64,000 bases of DNA from Balanoglossus misakiensis (taxonomy: Eukaryota; Animalia; Hemichordata), in assembly GCA_040954595.2 (NCBI GenBank), contig CM082587.2:4048093-4112092 (forward strand), given 5' to 3'. Numbering within the stretch: position 1 is the stretch's first letter; each line of letters starts with the position of its first letter. Both the position numbers and the translations under genes were made by a program. This document shows positions 45,001 to 64,000 of the stretch, piece after piece. The notes beneath the pieces were generated by a model. The model was not told the origin of the DNA and searched no databases. It worked only from the letters and a program-made list of their open reading frames with translations.

Positions 45001-48000
45001 GTTATAGCTCAGGAAAATCGTCAAAAATCGAGGATTTTTCGAGTTTGCGAATTTTGAAAATTTGGTCATTTTTTGAAAAAACCATGGGTTATAGCTCAGG
45101 AAAATCGTCAAAAATCGAGGATTTTTCGAGTTTGCGAACTTTGAAAATTTGGTCATTTTTTGAAAAAACCATGGGTTATAGCTCAGGAAAATCGTCAAAA
45201 ATCGAGGATTTTTCGAGTTTGCGAATTTTGAAAATTTGGTCATTTTTTGAAAAAACCATGGGTTATAGCTCAGGAAAATCGTCAAAAATCGAGGATTTTT
45301 CGAGTTTGCGAATTTTGAAAATTTGGTCATTTTTTGAAAAAACCATGGGTTATAGCTCAGGAAAATCGTCAAAAATCGAGGATTTTTCGAGTTTGCGAAT
45401 TTTGAAAATTTGGTAATTTTTTGAAAAAACCATGGGTTATAGCTCAGGAAAATCGTCAAAAATCGAGGATTTTTCGAGTTTGCGAATTTTAAAAATTTGG
45501 TCATTTTATGAAAAAACCATGGGTTATAGCTCAGGAAAATCGTCAAAAATCGAGGATTTTTCGAGTTTGCGAATTTTGAAAATTTGGTCATATTATGAAA
45601 AAACCATGGGTTATAGCTCAGGAAAATCGTCAAAAATCGAGGATTTTTCGAGTTTGCGAATTTTGAAAATTTGGTCATTTTTTGAAAAAACCATGGGTTA
45701 TAGCTCAGGAAAATCGTCAAAAATCGAGGATTTTTCGAGTTTGCGAATTTTGAAAATTTGGTCATTTTTTGAAAAAACCATGGGTTATAGCTCAGGAAAA
45801 TCGTCAAAAATCGAGGATTTTTCGAGTTTGCGAATTTTGAAAATTTGGTCATTTTTTGAAAAAAACCATGGGTTATAGCTCAGGAAAATCGTCAAAAATC
45901 GAGGATTTTTCGAGTTTGCGAATTTTGAAAATTTGGTCATTTTTTGAAAAAACCATGGGTTATAGCTCAGGAAAATCGTCAAAAATCGAGGATTTTTCGA
46001 GTTTGCGAATTTTGAAAATTTGGTCATTTTTTGAAAAAACCATGGGTTATAGCTCAGGAAAATCGTCAAAAATCGAGGATTTTTCGAGTTTGCGAACTTT
46101 GAAAATTTGGTCATTTTTTGAAAAAACCATGGGTTATAGCTCAGGAAAATCGTCAAAAATCGAGGATTTTTCGAGTTTGCGAATTTTGAAAATTTGGTCA
46201 TTTTTTGAAAAAACCATGGGTTATAGCTCAGGAAAATCGTCAAAAATCGAGGATTTTTCGAGTTTGCGAATTTTGAAAATTTGGTCATTTTTTGAAAAAA
46301 CCATGGGTTATAGCTCAGGAAAATCGTCAAAAATCGAGGATTTTTCGAGTTTGCGAATTTTGAAAATTTGGTCATTTTTTGAAAAAACCATGGGTTATAG
46401 CTCAGGAAAATCGTCAAAAATCGAGGATTTTTCGAGTTTGCGAATTTTAAAAATTTGGTCATTTTATGAAAAAACCATGGGTTATAGCTCAGGAAAATCG
46501 TCAAAAATCGAGGATTTTTCGAGTTTGCGAATTTTGAAAATTTGGTCATATTATGAAAAAACCATGGGTTATAGCTCAGGAAAATCGTCAAAAATCGAGG
46601 ATTTTTCGAGTTTGCGAACTTTGAAAATTTGGTCATTTTATGAAAAAACCATGGGTTATAGCTCAGGTAAATCGTCAAAAATCGAGGATTTTTCGAGTTT
46701 GCGAATTTTGAAAATTTGGTCATTTTTTGAAAAAACCATGGGTTATAGCTCAGGAAAATCGTCAAAAATCGAGGATTTTTCGAGTTTGCGAATTTTGAAA
46801 ATTTGGTCATTTTTTGAAAAACCATGGGTTATAGCTCAGGAAAATCGTCAAAAATCGAGAATTTTTCGAGTTTGCGAATTTTGAAAATTTGGTCATTTTT
46901 TGAAAAAACCATGGGTTATAGCTCAGGAAAATCGTCAAAAATCGAGGATTTTTCGAGTTTGCGAATTTTGAAAATTTGGTCATTTTATGAAAAAACCATG
47001 GGTTATAGCTCAGGAAAATCGTCAAAAATCGAGGATTTTTAGAGTTTGCGAATTTTGAAAATTTGGTCATTTTATGAAAAAACCATGGGTTATAGCTCAG
47101 GAAAATCGTCAAAAATCGAGGATTTTTAGAGTTTGCGAATTTTGAAAATTTGGTCATTTTTTGAAAAAAACCATGGGTTATAGCTCAGGAAAATCGTCAA
47201 AAATCGAGGATTTTTCGAGTTTGCGAATTTTGAAAATTTGGTCATTTTTTGAAAAAACCATGGGTTATAGCTCAGGAAAATCGTCAAAAATCGAGGATTT
47301 TTCGAGTTTGCGAATTTTGAAAATTTGTTCTTTTTTTGAAAAAACCATGGGTTATAGCTCAGGAAAATCGTCAAAAATCGTGGATTTTTCGAGTTTGCGA
47401 ATTTTGAAAATTTGGTCATTTTTTGAAAAAAACATGGGTTATAGCTCAGGAAAATCGTCAAAAATCGAGGATTTTTCGAGTTTGCGAATTTTGAAAATTT
47501 GGTCATTTTTTGAAAAAACCATGGGTTATAGCTCAGGAAAATCGTCAAAAATCGAGGATTTTTCGAGTTTGCGAATTTTGAAAATTTGGTCATTTTTTGA
47601 AAAAACCATGGGTTATAGCTCAGGAAAATCGTCAAAAATCGAGGATTTTTCGAGTTTGCGAATTTTGAAAATTTGGTCATTTTTTGAAAAAACCATGGGT
47701 TATAGCTCAGGAAAATCGTCAAAAATCGAGGATTTTTCGAGTTTGCGAATTTTGAAAATTTGGTCATTTTTTGAAAAAACCATGGGTTATAGCTCAGGAA
47801 AATCGTCAAAAATCGAGGATTTTTCGAGTTTGCGAATTTTGAAAATTTGGTCATTTTTTGAAAAAACCATGGGTTATAGCTCAGGAAAATCGTCAAAAAT
47901 CGAGGATTTTTCGAGTTTGCGAATTTTGAAAATTTGGTCATTTTTTGAAAAAACCATGGGTTATAGCTCAGGAAAATTGTCAAAAATCGAGGATTTTTCG

Positions 48001-51000
48001 AGTTTGCGAATTTTGAAAATTTGGTCATTTTTTGAAAAAACCATGGGTTATAGCTCAGGAAAATCGTCAAAAATCGAGGATTTTTCGAGTTTGCGAATTT
48101 TGAAAATTTGGTCATTTTTTGAAAAAACCATGGGTTATAGCTCAGGAAAATCGTCAAAAATCGAGGATTTTTCGAGTTTGCGAATTTTGAAAATTTGGTC
48201 ATTTTTTGAAAAAACCATGGGTTATAGCTCAGGAAAATCGTCAAAAATCGAGGATTTTTCGAGTTTGCGAACTTTGAAAATTTGGTCATTTTTTGAAAAA
48301 ACCATGGGTTATAGCTCAGGAAAATCGTCAAAAATCGAGGATTTTTCGAGTTTGCGAATTTTGAAAATTTGGTCATTTTTTGAAAAAACCATGGGGTATA
48401 GCTCAGGAAAATCGTCAAAAATCGAGAATTTTTCGAGTTTGCGAATTTTGAAAATTTGGTCATTTTTTTGAAAAAACCATGGGTTATAGCTCAGGAAAAT
48501 CGTCAAAAATCGAGGATTTTTCGAGTTTGCGAATATTGAAAATTTGGTCATTTTTTGAAAAAACCATGGGTTATAGCTCAGGAAAATCGTCAAAAATCGA
48601 GGATTTTTCGAGTTTGCGAATTTTGAAAATTTGGTCATTTTTTGAAAAAACCATGGGTTATAGCTCAGGAAAATCGTCAAAAATCGAGGATTTTTCGAGT
48701 TTGCGAATTTTGAAAATTTGGTCATTTTTTGAAAAAACCATGGGTTACAGCTCAGGAAAATCGTCAAAAATCGAGGATTTTTCGAGTTTGCGAATTTTGA
48801 AAATTTGGTCATTTTTTGAAAAAACCATGGGTTATAGCTCAGGAAAATCGTCAAAAATCGAGGATTTTTCGAGTTTGCGAATTTTGAAAATTTGGTCATT
48901 TTTTGAAAAAACCATGGGTTATAGCTCAGGAAAATCGTCAAAAATCGAGGATTTTTCGAGTTTGCGAATTTTGAAAATTTGGTCATTTTTTGAAAAAACC
49001 ATGGGTTATAGCTCAGGAAAATCGTCAAAAATCGAGGATTTTTCGAGTTTGCGAATTTTGAAAATTTGGTCATTTTTTGAAAAAACCATGGGTTATAGCT
49101 CAGGAAAATCGTCAAAAATCGAGGATTTTTCGAGTTTGCGAATTTTGAAAATTTGGTCATTTTTTGAAAAAAACCATGGGTTATAGCTCAGGAAAATCGT
49201 CAAAAATCGAGGATTTTTCGAGTTTGCGAATTTTGAAAATTTGGTCATTTTTTGAAAAAACCATGGGTTATAGCTCAGGAAAATCGTCAAAAATCGAGGA
49301 TTTTTCGAGTTTGCGAATTTTGAAAATTTGGTCATTTTTTGAAAAAACCATGGGTTATAGCTCAGGAAAATCGTCAAAAATCGAAGATTTTTCGAGTTTG
49401 CGAATTTTGAAAATTTCTTCATTTTTTGATAAAAACCATGGGTTATAGCTCAGGAAAATCGTCAAAAATCGAGGATTTTTCGAGTTTGCGAATTTTGAAA
49501 ATTTGGTCATTTTTTGAAAAAACCATGGGTTATAGCTCAGGAAAATCGTCAAAAATCGAGGATTTTTCGAGTTTGCGAACTTTGAAAATTTGGTCATTTT
49601 TTGAAAAAACCATGGGTTATAGCTCAGGAAAATCGTCAAAAATCGAGGATTTTTCGAGTTTGCGAATTTTGAAAATTTGGTCATTTTTTGAAAAAACCAT
49701 GGGTTATAGCTCAGGAAAATCGTCAAAAATCGAGGATTTTTCGAGTTTGCGAATTTTGAAAATTTGGTCATTTTTTGAAAAAAACATGGGTTATAGCTCA
49801 GGAAAATCGTCAAAAATCGAGGATTTTTCGAGTTTGCGAATTTTGAAAATTTGGTCATTTTTTGAAAAAACCATGGGTTATAGCTCAGGAAAATCGTCAA
49901 AAATCGAGGATTTTTCGAGTTTGCGAATTTTAAAAATTTGGTCATTTTATGAAAAAACCATGGGTTATAGCTCAGGAAAATCGTCAAAAATCGAGGATTT
50001 TTCGAGTTTGCGAATTTTGAAAATTTGGTCATATTATGAAAAAACCATGGGTTATAGCTCAGGAAAATCGTCAAAAATCGAGGATTTTTCGAGTTTGCGA
50101 ACTTTGAAAATTTGGTCATTTTATGAAAAAACCATGGGTTATAGCTCAGGTAAATCGTCAAAAATCGAGGATTTTTCGAGTTTGCGAATTTTGAAAATTT
50201 GGTCATTTTTTGAAAAAACCATGGGTTATAGCTCAGGAAAATCGTCAAAAATCGAGGATTTTTCGAGTTTGCGAATTTTGAAAATTTGGTCATTTTTTGA
50301 AAAACCATGGGTTATAGCTCAGGAAAATCGTCAAAAATCGAGAATTTTTCGAGTTTGCGAATTTTGAAAATTTGGTCATTTTTTGAAAAAACCATGGGTT
50401 ATAGCTCAGGAAAATCGTCAAAAATCGAGGATTTTTCGAGTTTGCGAATTTTGAAAATTTGGTCATTTTATGAAAAAACCATGGGTTATAGCTCAGGAAA
50501 ATCGTCAAAAATCGAGGATTTTTCGAGTTTGCGAATTTTGAAAATTTGGTCATTTTATGAAAAAACCATGGGTTATAGCTCAGGAAAATCGTCAAAAATC
50601 GAGGATTTTTAGAGTTTGCGAATTTTGAAAATTTGGTCATTTTTTGAAAAAAACCATGGGTTATAGCTCAGGAAAATCGTCAAAAATCGAGGATTTTTCG
50701 AGTTTGCGAATTTTGAAAATTTGGTCATTTTTTGAAAAAACCATGGGTTATAGCTCAGGAAAATCGTCAAAAATCGAGGATTTTTCGAGTTTGCGAATTT
50801 TGAAAATTTGGTCATTTTTTGAAAAAACCATGGGTTATAGCTCAGGAAAATCGTCAAAAATCGAGGATTTTTCGAGTTTGCGAATTTTGAAAATTTGTTC
50901 TTTTTTTGAAAAAACCATGGGTTATAGCTCAGGAAAATCGTCAAAAATCGTGGATTTTTCGAGTTTGCGAATTTTGAAAATTTGGTCATTTTTTGAAAAA

Positions 51001-53468
51001 AACATGGGTTATAGCTCAGGAAAATCGTCAAAAATCGAGGATTTTTCGAGTTTGCGAATTTTGAAAATTTGGTCATTTTTTGAAAAAACCATGGGTTATA
51101 GCTCAGGAAAATCGTCAAAAATCGAGGATTTTTCGAGTTTGCGAATTTTGAAAATTTGGTCATTTTTTGAAAAAACCATGGGTTATAGCTCAGGAAAATC
51201 GTCAAAAATCGAGGATTTTTCGAGTTTGCGAATTTTGAAAATTTGGTCATTTTTTGAAAAAACCATGGGTTATAGCTCAGGAAAATCGTCAAAAATCGAG
51301 GATTTTTCGAGTTTGCGAATTTTGAAAATTTGGTCATTTTTTGAAAAAACCATGGGTTATAGCTCAGGAAAATCGTCAAAAATCGAGGATTTTTCGAGTT
51401 TGCGAATTTTGAAAATTTGGTCATTTTTTGAAAAAACCATGGGTTATAGCTCAGGAAAATCGTCAAAAATCGAGGATTTTTCGAGTTTGCGAATTTTGAA
51501 AATTTGGTCATTTTTTGAAAAAACCATGGGTTATAGCTCAGGAAAATCGTCAAAAATCGAGGATTTTTCGAGTTTGCGAATTTTGAAAATTTGGTCATTT
51601 TTTGAAAAAACCATGGGTTATAGCTCAGGAAAATCGTCAAAAATCGAGGATTTTTCGAGTTTGCGAATTTTGAAAATTTGGTCATTTTTTGAAAAAACCA
51701 TGGGTTATAGCTCAGGAAAATCGTCAAAAATCGAGGATTTTTCGAGTTTGCGAATTTTGAAAATTTGGTCATTTTTTGAAAAAACCATGGGTTATAGCTC
51801 AGGAAAATCGTCAAAAATCGAGGATTTTTCGAGTTTGCGAACTTTGAAAATTTGGTCATTTTTTGAAAAAACCATGGGTTATAGCTCAGGAAAATCGTCA
51901 AAAATCGAGGATTTTTCGAGTTTGCGAATTTTGAAAATTTGGTCATTTTTTGAAAAAACCATGGGGTATAGCTCAGGAAAATCGTCAAAAATCGAGAATT
52001 TTTCGAGTTTGCGAATTTTGAAAATTTGGTCATTTTTTTGAAAAAACCATGGGTTATAGCTCAGGAAAATCGTCAAAAATCGAGGATTTTTCGAGTTTGC
52101 GAATATTGAAAATTTGGTCATTTTTTGAAAAAACCATGGGTTATAGCTCAGGAAAATCGTCAAAAATCGAGGATTTTTCGAGTTTGCGAATTTTGAAAAT
52201 TTGGTCATTTTTTGAAAAAACCATGGGTTATAGCTCAGGAAAATCGTCAAAAATCGAGGATTTTTCGAGTTTGCGAATTTTGAAAATTTGGTCATTTTTT
52301 GAAAAAACCATGGGTTATAGCTCAGGAAAATCGTCAAAAATCGAGGATTTTTCGAGTTTGCGAATTTTGAAAATTTGGTCATTTTTTGAAAAAACCATGG
52401 GTTATAGCTCAGGAAAATCGTCAAAAATCGAGGATTTTTCGAGTTTGCGAATTTTGAAAATTTGGTCATTTTTTGAAAAAACCATGGGTTATAGCTCAGG
52501 AAAATCGTCAAAAATCGAGGATTTTTCGAGTTTGCGAATTTTGAAAATTTGGTCATTTTTTGAAAAAACCATGGGTTATAGCTCAGGAAAATCGTCAAAA
52601 ATCGAGGATTTTTCGAGTTTGCGAATTTTGAAAATTTGGTCATTTTTTGAAAAAACCATGGGTTATAGCTCAGGAAAATCGTCAAAAATCGAGGATTTTT
52701 CGAGTTTGCGAATTTTGAAAATTTGGTCATTTTTTGAAAAAAACCATGGGTTATAGCTCAGGAAAATCGTCAAAAATCGAGGATTTTTCGAGTTTGCGAA
52801 TTTTGAAAATTTGGTCATTTTTTGAAAAAACCATGGGTTATAGCTCAGGAAAATCGTCAAAAATCGAAGATTTTTCGAGTTTGCGAATTTTGAAAATTTC
52901 TTCATTTTTGATAAAAACCATGGGTTATAGCTCAGGAAAATCGTCAAAAATCGAGGATTTTTCGAGTTTGCGAATTTTGAAAATTTGGTCATTTTTTGAA
53001 AAAACCATGGGTTATAGCTCAGGAAAATCGTCAAAAATCGAGGATTTTTCGAGTTTGCGAATTTTGAAAATTTGGTCATTTTTTGAAAAAACCATGGGTT
53101 ATAGCTCAGGAAAATCGTCAAAAATCGAGGATTTTTCGAGTTTGCGAATTTTGAAAATTTGGTCATTTTTTGAAAAAAAACCATGGGTTATAGCTCAGGA
53201 AAATCGTCAAAAATCGAGGATTTTTCGAGTTTGCGAATTTTGAAAATTTGGTCATTTTTTGAAAAAAACCATGGGTTATAGCTCATGAAAATCATCCAGA
53301 AATGACTATTTTTCGACTTTGCGAATTTTGAAAATTTGGTCATTTTTTGAAAAAAACCATGGGGTATAGCCCATGAAAATCATCCAGAAATGACTATTTT
53401 TCGACTTTGCGAATTTTCAAAATGTCTTCATTTTTTGATAAAAACCATGGGTTATAGCTCATGAAAAT
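33070..53468. repeat. Tandem satellite array, 87-bp monomer, ~234 copies (~20.4 kb), highly homogeneous
   Basis: Consensus GGGTTATAGCTCAGGAAAATCGTCAAAAATCGAGGATTTTTCGAGTTTGCGAATTTTGAAAATTTGGTCATTTTTTGAAAAAACCAT. Diverged monomers lie at both ends (33070-33115; 53280-53468). Confidence 0.99.
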
Positions 53469-54466
53469 GAATTATAAATATCGAATAGCAAAAACTGAAT
53501 AACGATCATTTGAAATAAAACAAACAGATAACATTTTTATTCATGACTTTCTATCATCATATTGATTTATTTCCTAATTAAAAGGGAATAAAACAAATCA
53601 GGGAGATAAAATTAACGACGTCGTTTCCTACTATCACCGGCAGTTTAAGAGAGACATAAAAATAAACATGACAATACAATCGACAATTTACTTGTAAAAA
53701 GAAAAATAAGGTAGAACGCAATAAAATCTCTCGAGAATGTTTAAATTGACTTTCAGCAGGTTGACAACTTTTCAAGTCAGAACGGATGCGCCCACCTAGA
53801 GGTGGAAACTCAAAGTCTCGGAAAAGCGGTAATTGTCTGTGGCCGGCAGGGGTTGGCGAAATTGGCTTCTTGAGGTGTGAATCACGTGATTGTTGCTGTG
53901 ATACTGCCGTGTGCTGTGCCAAGTGGGACGACGGTATGTGGAGGTCAAAGTTCACAGATCTTTGATCTGCCGACATCAAAATTGCGTAGAACGGGTACTT
54001 TCTTGGTTTAGGTAAATGTGCTCACTTTCTTCAAAACACAATAAAAATGCAAATTTTATCCTGACTATATAGCGTCTCTTAATTGCGTAGGAACATGAAT
54101 AAAATTAATATATACAATACGGTTAAATACTATTTTCCAAAGTTTATAGCATATTAATATAAAGCAAAAAACAGCGACGTTTTGCGCTGGTGTAGGCTTT
54201 ATCTGCCTTTAGCTCAAAGAAGTTCGTTTCTTGGGTTAAATAGTTATTTTCGCAGAATACGTGGACTTTTGGCACTGAACTCTGATGTTTCGCATGCAGA
54301 CACTTGTTTGATGTCTCCAGTCCATGCACTGAGTGGTTACAGGCAGATCAAGGTGAACGGGGTCGTCCACGGTTTGGAAATTTGTGTTCCTCTTTCTCAA
54401 ATTCACATCCACCCGCGTCGTTTGCGCTGTTTCCTCAAGTCTTGCGCTGGTATACCGACGAATTCC

Positions 54467-60490
<6,024 letters not shown>

Positions 60491-60859
60491 ATTTGCGGTA
60501 CCCGCCGATTCTCGTGCACAGTTCGGTTGCACACAACTTCTGTTGCGCGCCAGTGTCTTCCAAATTCTTAGAATGCGGTTGTGCTGTTGCTGTTGTTGTT
60601 GTTTTGTATTTGAGAGGAACTTGAACAAATCAGTGTAACTCAGTGTCTCAACTTCCGAGCCAGTCTGCACAACTGTGAGAGTTTTCAGATTAGCAAGACC
60701 ATGAATAAGTTGACTTTATCGGGGCGCTTGGGTTCGGTGCCAGTGTAGATGCAGACGGTATAATTGTACAACACGGCAAAATTTACAACACAGTTAAACC
60801 GTGTTACCCATCGGGAATCCAATTTTTTTTTCCTGACGACCAGCGGGCTTGGATGCAAC

Positions 60860-61060
60860 TATCTCTGCACGGGCGGAGTGCACAAGATATCATTTATATG
60901 GGTCCTCCAGCGTGTAGATTAAATAAATACAGCTATGTAAAGTATGTGACGCGTGCACGGTGTCACATCGGGTCGTTAAGCGCGCTCACCGCCGTAAGTT
61001 TGCCCCTCGTACACCGCGCCCCCAAGGGCCAATCGCTGGTCCTCCGCGCCGGTGATTGGC
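60860..61060 (-). promoter_or_regulatory. Putative core/proximal promoter of the homeobox gene
   Basis: Minus-strand TATAAA at 60898-60893 with Inr-like TAGTT ~30 nt downstream; two oppositely oriented CCAAT boxes (~61029 and ~61055) in a GC-rich patch. Confidence 0.45.
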
Positions 61061-61666
61061 TGCCTCGAACATTTAGACGAATCTGCCTGTTTAACTGACA
61101 GGGGACCATTAATAGAAGCTTGTAATTATACCAAGGCCAGGGGCAGATTGCTAACAACCAGAAAAACGCCTGTCAAACACAAAAGAAGACGAAACAATTT
61201 TATCTGATGAGTACGAGTCATTATCAGTCACAATAAAAGCAATGTAAACAAAGTGAGCTGCCGAGGAGAAATGGCGGCGATTTGGCATACGATAAGGCAA
61301 CAGTACTAGTGAGTCCACTGCGCAGCATTACCATTATCTCATCGCGATTTTTTCTAGTGACATCATTTTTTTAAAAATCAAACTTAAACCTGGATGCATG
61401 TAGGTGGGCTCCACTTGTGATATAAAAAATAAACAGGCAATAAATCTAGGCAAATTTCAAGCAATTGCGCGGCGTCAGTTCATCCTTTGACTGTGTTGTC
61501 TAGAAATCCTCTTTAAGATTCAATTTAGACAAAAAGTACAAAAACTCGGCAACCTGCCCTAAACACTTTTTAGAATCAATCGCATTCGGAAATTACTGAG
61601 TGGTAGTATTATAAGTATATTATTGATAAATATATTAATGCATATAGATAGATACATGAACATAAA

Positions 61667-61939
<273 letters not shown>

Positions 61940-64000
61940 CATTCGCTGCAGAGTTGAAAGGCTGGTCCCTTTTTACTTGTAATGCAGTTTTAAATAAATT
62001 AATTTTAAAAACAAAAACAAATATACGGTCAGACGAGTTTCCTTTTTTGTGAAAAGTACCTCTCAAACGATATATCACACATCTCGGGGCTGTTGACACC
62101 AGCAATACTTACCAAATGCAGACTGCACGCGCAGTGGCGACTACACGCTCGTTTAGGCCATTCTTACAACGTACCGACCCCATTGTCAATTTCTAAAATC
62201 GTCTCTCGTGGTCTCTGCCTTAATTGGACCATTACCTGAGGAATCGTTGAGAATATAAAAAAGCAAACTCGGAAAGGGGCTCTCCTCAGCTCATCTTCAA
62301 TTATCTCTTTTTGCCTCGCTTTACGGCGTCCTATTTGTTTTTTCTCTTGACTCGCGAGATGACTTCGTTTAAATCTTTCCTTTTTTTACAACAGCCGAGA
62401 AAATTACACCTAAATGTTGCAATTTGCTCCGACAATAGATTCCGAGAACCACCCGATGTTGTTATTTCAGGGAAAATTGGAGGGTCTTGAGTAGGCCGTC
62501 TATAGAAATGCCAGTGACAGCCTAATAGCCACACTTACACGCGGAAAACAGCCATTGTGAATCTTTAAAAATGAAGATTTAGGCTCTCACATTCGTTTTT
62601 TTTCTCTTCAACTCCCGGATTCTATTGCGCTGTAATGAATACAATCCGTCCAAATTTCAGTGGCATTTTGCTATAACTCCCGACTGGGACCACGACACGT
62701 CTCCGCTGCTGCCACAAAACGAAATTGCTTCGGCTATTAGGAGGCTATTACCGCCCAAATCGCCCGCTACTAATCATGCTTATCACCGCAGATATTGCTG
62801 GGAAAAGTACGATTTAATCGCTATCTAATTTGGACAATCGTTTTCAACAGTTCCACCTCCTTTGATTGACGATGTCTCAATGCACGGAACTCATGATTTC
62901 AAAATAAATATTAAAGCTGCAAGCAGCATTGAAGGGGCCCAAGCATAGAGTTAATAACCATTAGACTCCATTCAGGGTTGCACCATTCAAATGCGTAGGC
63001 CGTATGTATTTGCTCTCGATGTTGAGATATGGGGAAGTAGGCAACCACCCGAAATGCATGTCCTACAACAAGTACAAACACAACAACCAAAGGTGAACTT
63101 CTACGTTGTAAGTACTTCAGTAAGTATACTTCAAAGGTCAGCTGAGGGTACCCAACATTTTTTTTATTTGGTTCATATTCAAGACAACGAAAAATCCCCG
63201 CTGGTTGGGTTTGTCAAATTAGATATGGCCATAATAATGAGTTACTCGAGTAAGTTACAGGTGGCCCCAGGAATTTAGCATTTCATGACGCAGAGGGTCC
63301 TACCCTACCCCTCCATACACCTGGCTATATATGATGTGCGTGCTAACATATGGAAAGCAGGTCAATGGACACCTGAGGTCACCCAAAAATTTGACAAAAA
63401 ATTTTCATTCCTGTTTATGTCATGTGCAACAAATCCTACATTTGCAGCCCTTTCACTTTGCCTACCATTAGGTATGCACGTAATACATGAATCAAGCAGG
63501 TGTCGCAGGTATCCCCCTGTATTTGACATTTCATGATAGTTTCATCCCTCCAAATACCAAAGCTGCACCTGTACAACGGGCTGAGATATGGCACTGTATG
63601 ACAGAGGTCATCCAAATCAACTTATACATTTGGGCAAAAACAAACTGACACTTACATTCGTCCCTGTGGAACAAAAACCACGCATATTGCCCTGTTGGTT
63701 AGTGTCCAATTAAATGTACAAAATCAATGACTTAGGCAGGTGCAACAGGGGACCCCGCCTTTGGTATATCATTATGGTCCCATCCGTATATGCCCCCCGC
63801 ACCCCCAACGCCAAAGCTGCATGCATCTGCTGTGGATGCTCACTAAGCAAAAGTAGGTGAAATGTCACATAAGGTCGCCCATAACTTGACAGGAAAATCG
63901 GACTTCAAATTGATCCATGTGCAACAAATACCACGCTAGCATCCCTTTCATTGACTCCACAATTACGCACATAATTGAGTTACACATGTGTCACAGGTGA

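Noticed and set aside
33060-53243. Very long ORFs (up to 1158 aa) on both strands of the array
   Set aside because: They arise because the 87-bp monomer is 29 codons and lacks stops in one frame per strand. Frameshifting homopolymer indels and stops occur freely, and there are no splice or promoter cues. Not proteins.
33070-53468. CRISPR-like array
   Set aside because: No unique spacers, no cas genes, and eukaryotic context; it is a pure tandem repeat.
63280-64000. Possible interspersed repeat at the right edge
   Set aside because: Composition is suggestive, but no TIR, TSD or coding remnant is visible in the window.

Overview
Eukaryotic (animal, probably invertebrate deuterostome; inferred) genomic window with spliceosomal introns. 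Left to right: (1) a type I polyketide synthase on the minus strand (KS-AT-DH-cMT-ER-KR, running off the left edge). It is missing from the ORF track because its >=6.7-kb coding exon has no stop in the window. (2) A class A GPCR with a single coding exon. (3) A 13-exon GPR107/GPR108-family gene. (4) An unannotated 56-aa single-pass membrane microprotein ORF whose exon appears to splice into the next gene. (5) A 7-exon NCS-1/frequenin gene (190 aa). (6) tRNA-Ser(UGA). (7) A ~20.4-kb array of ~234 copies of an 87-bp, dyad-rich satellite with nested higher-order duplications and diverged edge monomers. (8) A 3-exon Bari-type NK-like homeobox gene (minus strand) whose 3' end abuts the satellite. 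(9) A GGAT/AGAT microsatellite. The most notable items are the putative microprotein/NCS-1 shared transcription unit, the animal PKS and the satellite architecture. All calls come from manual reading; no database searches were run.
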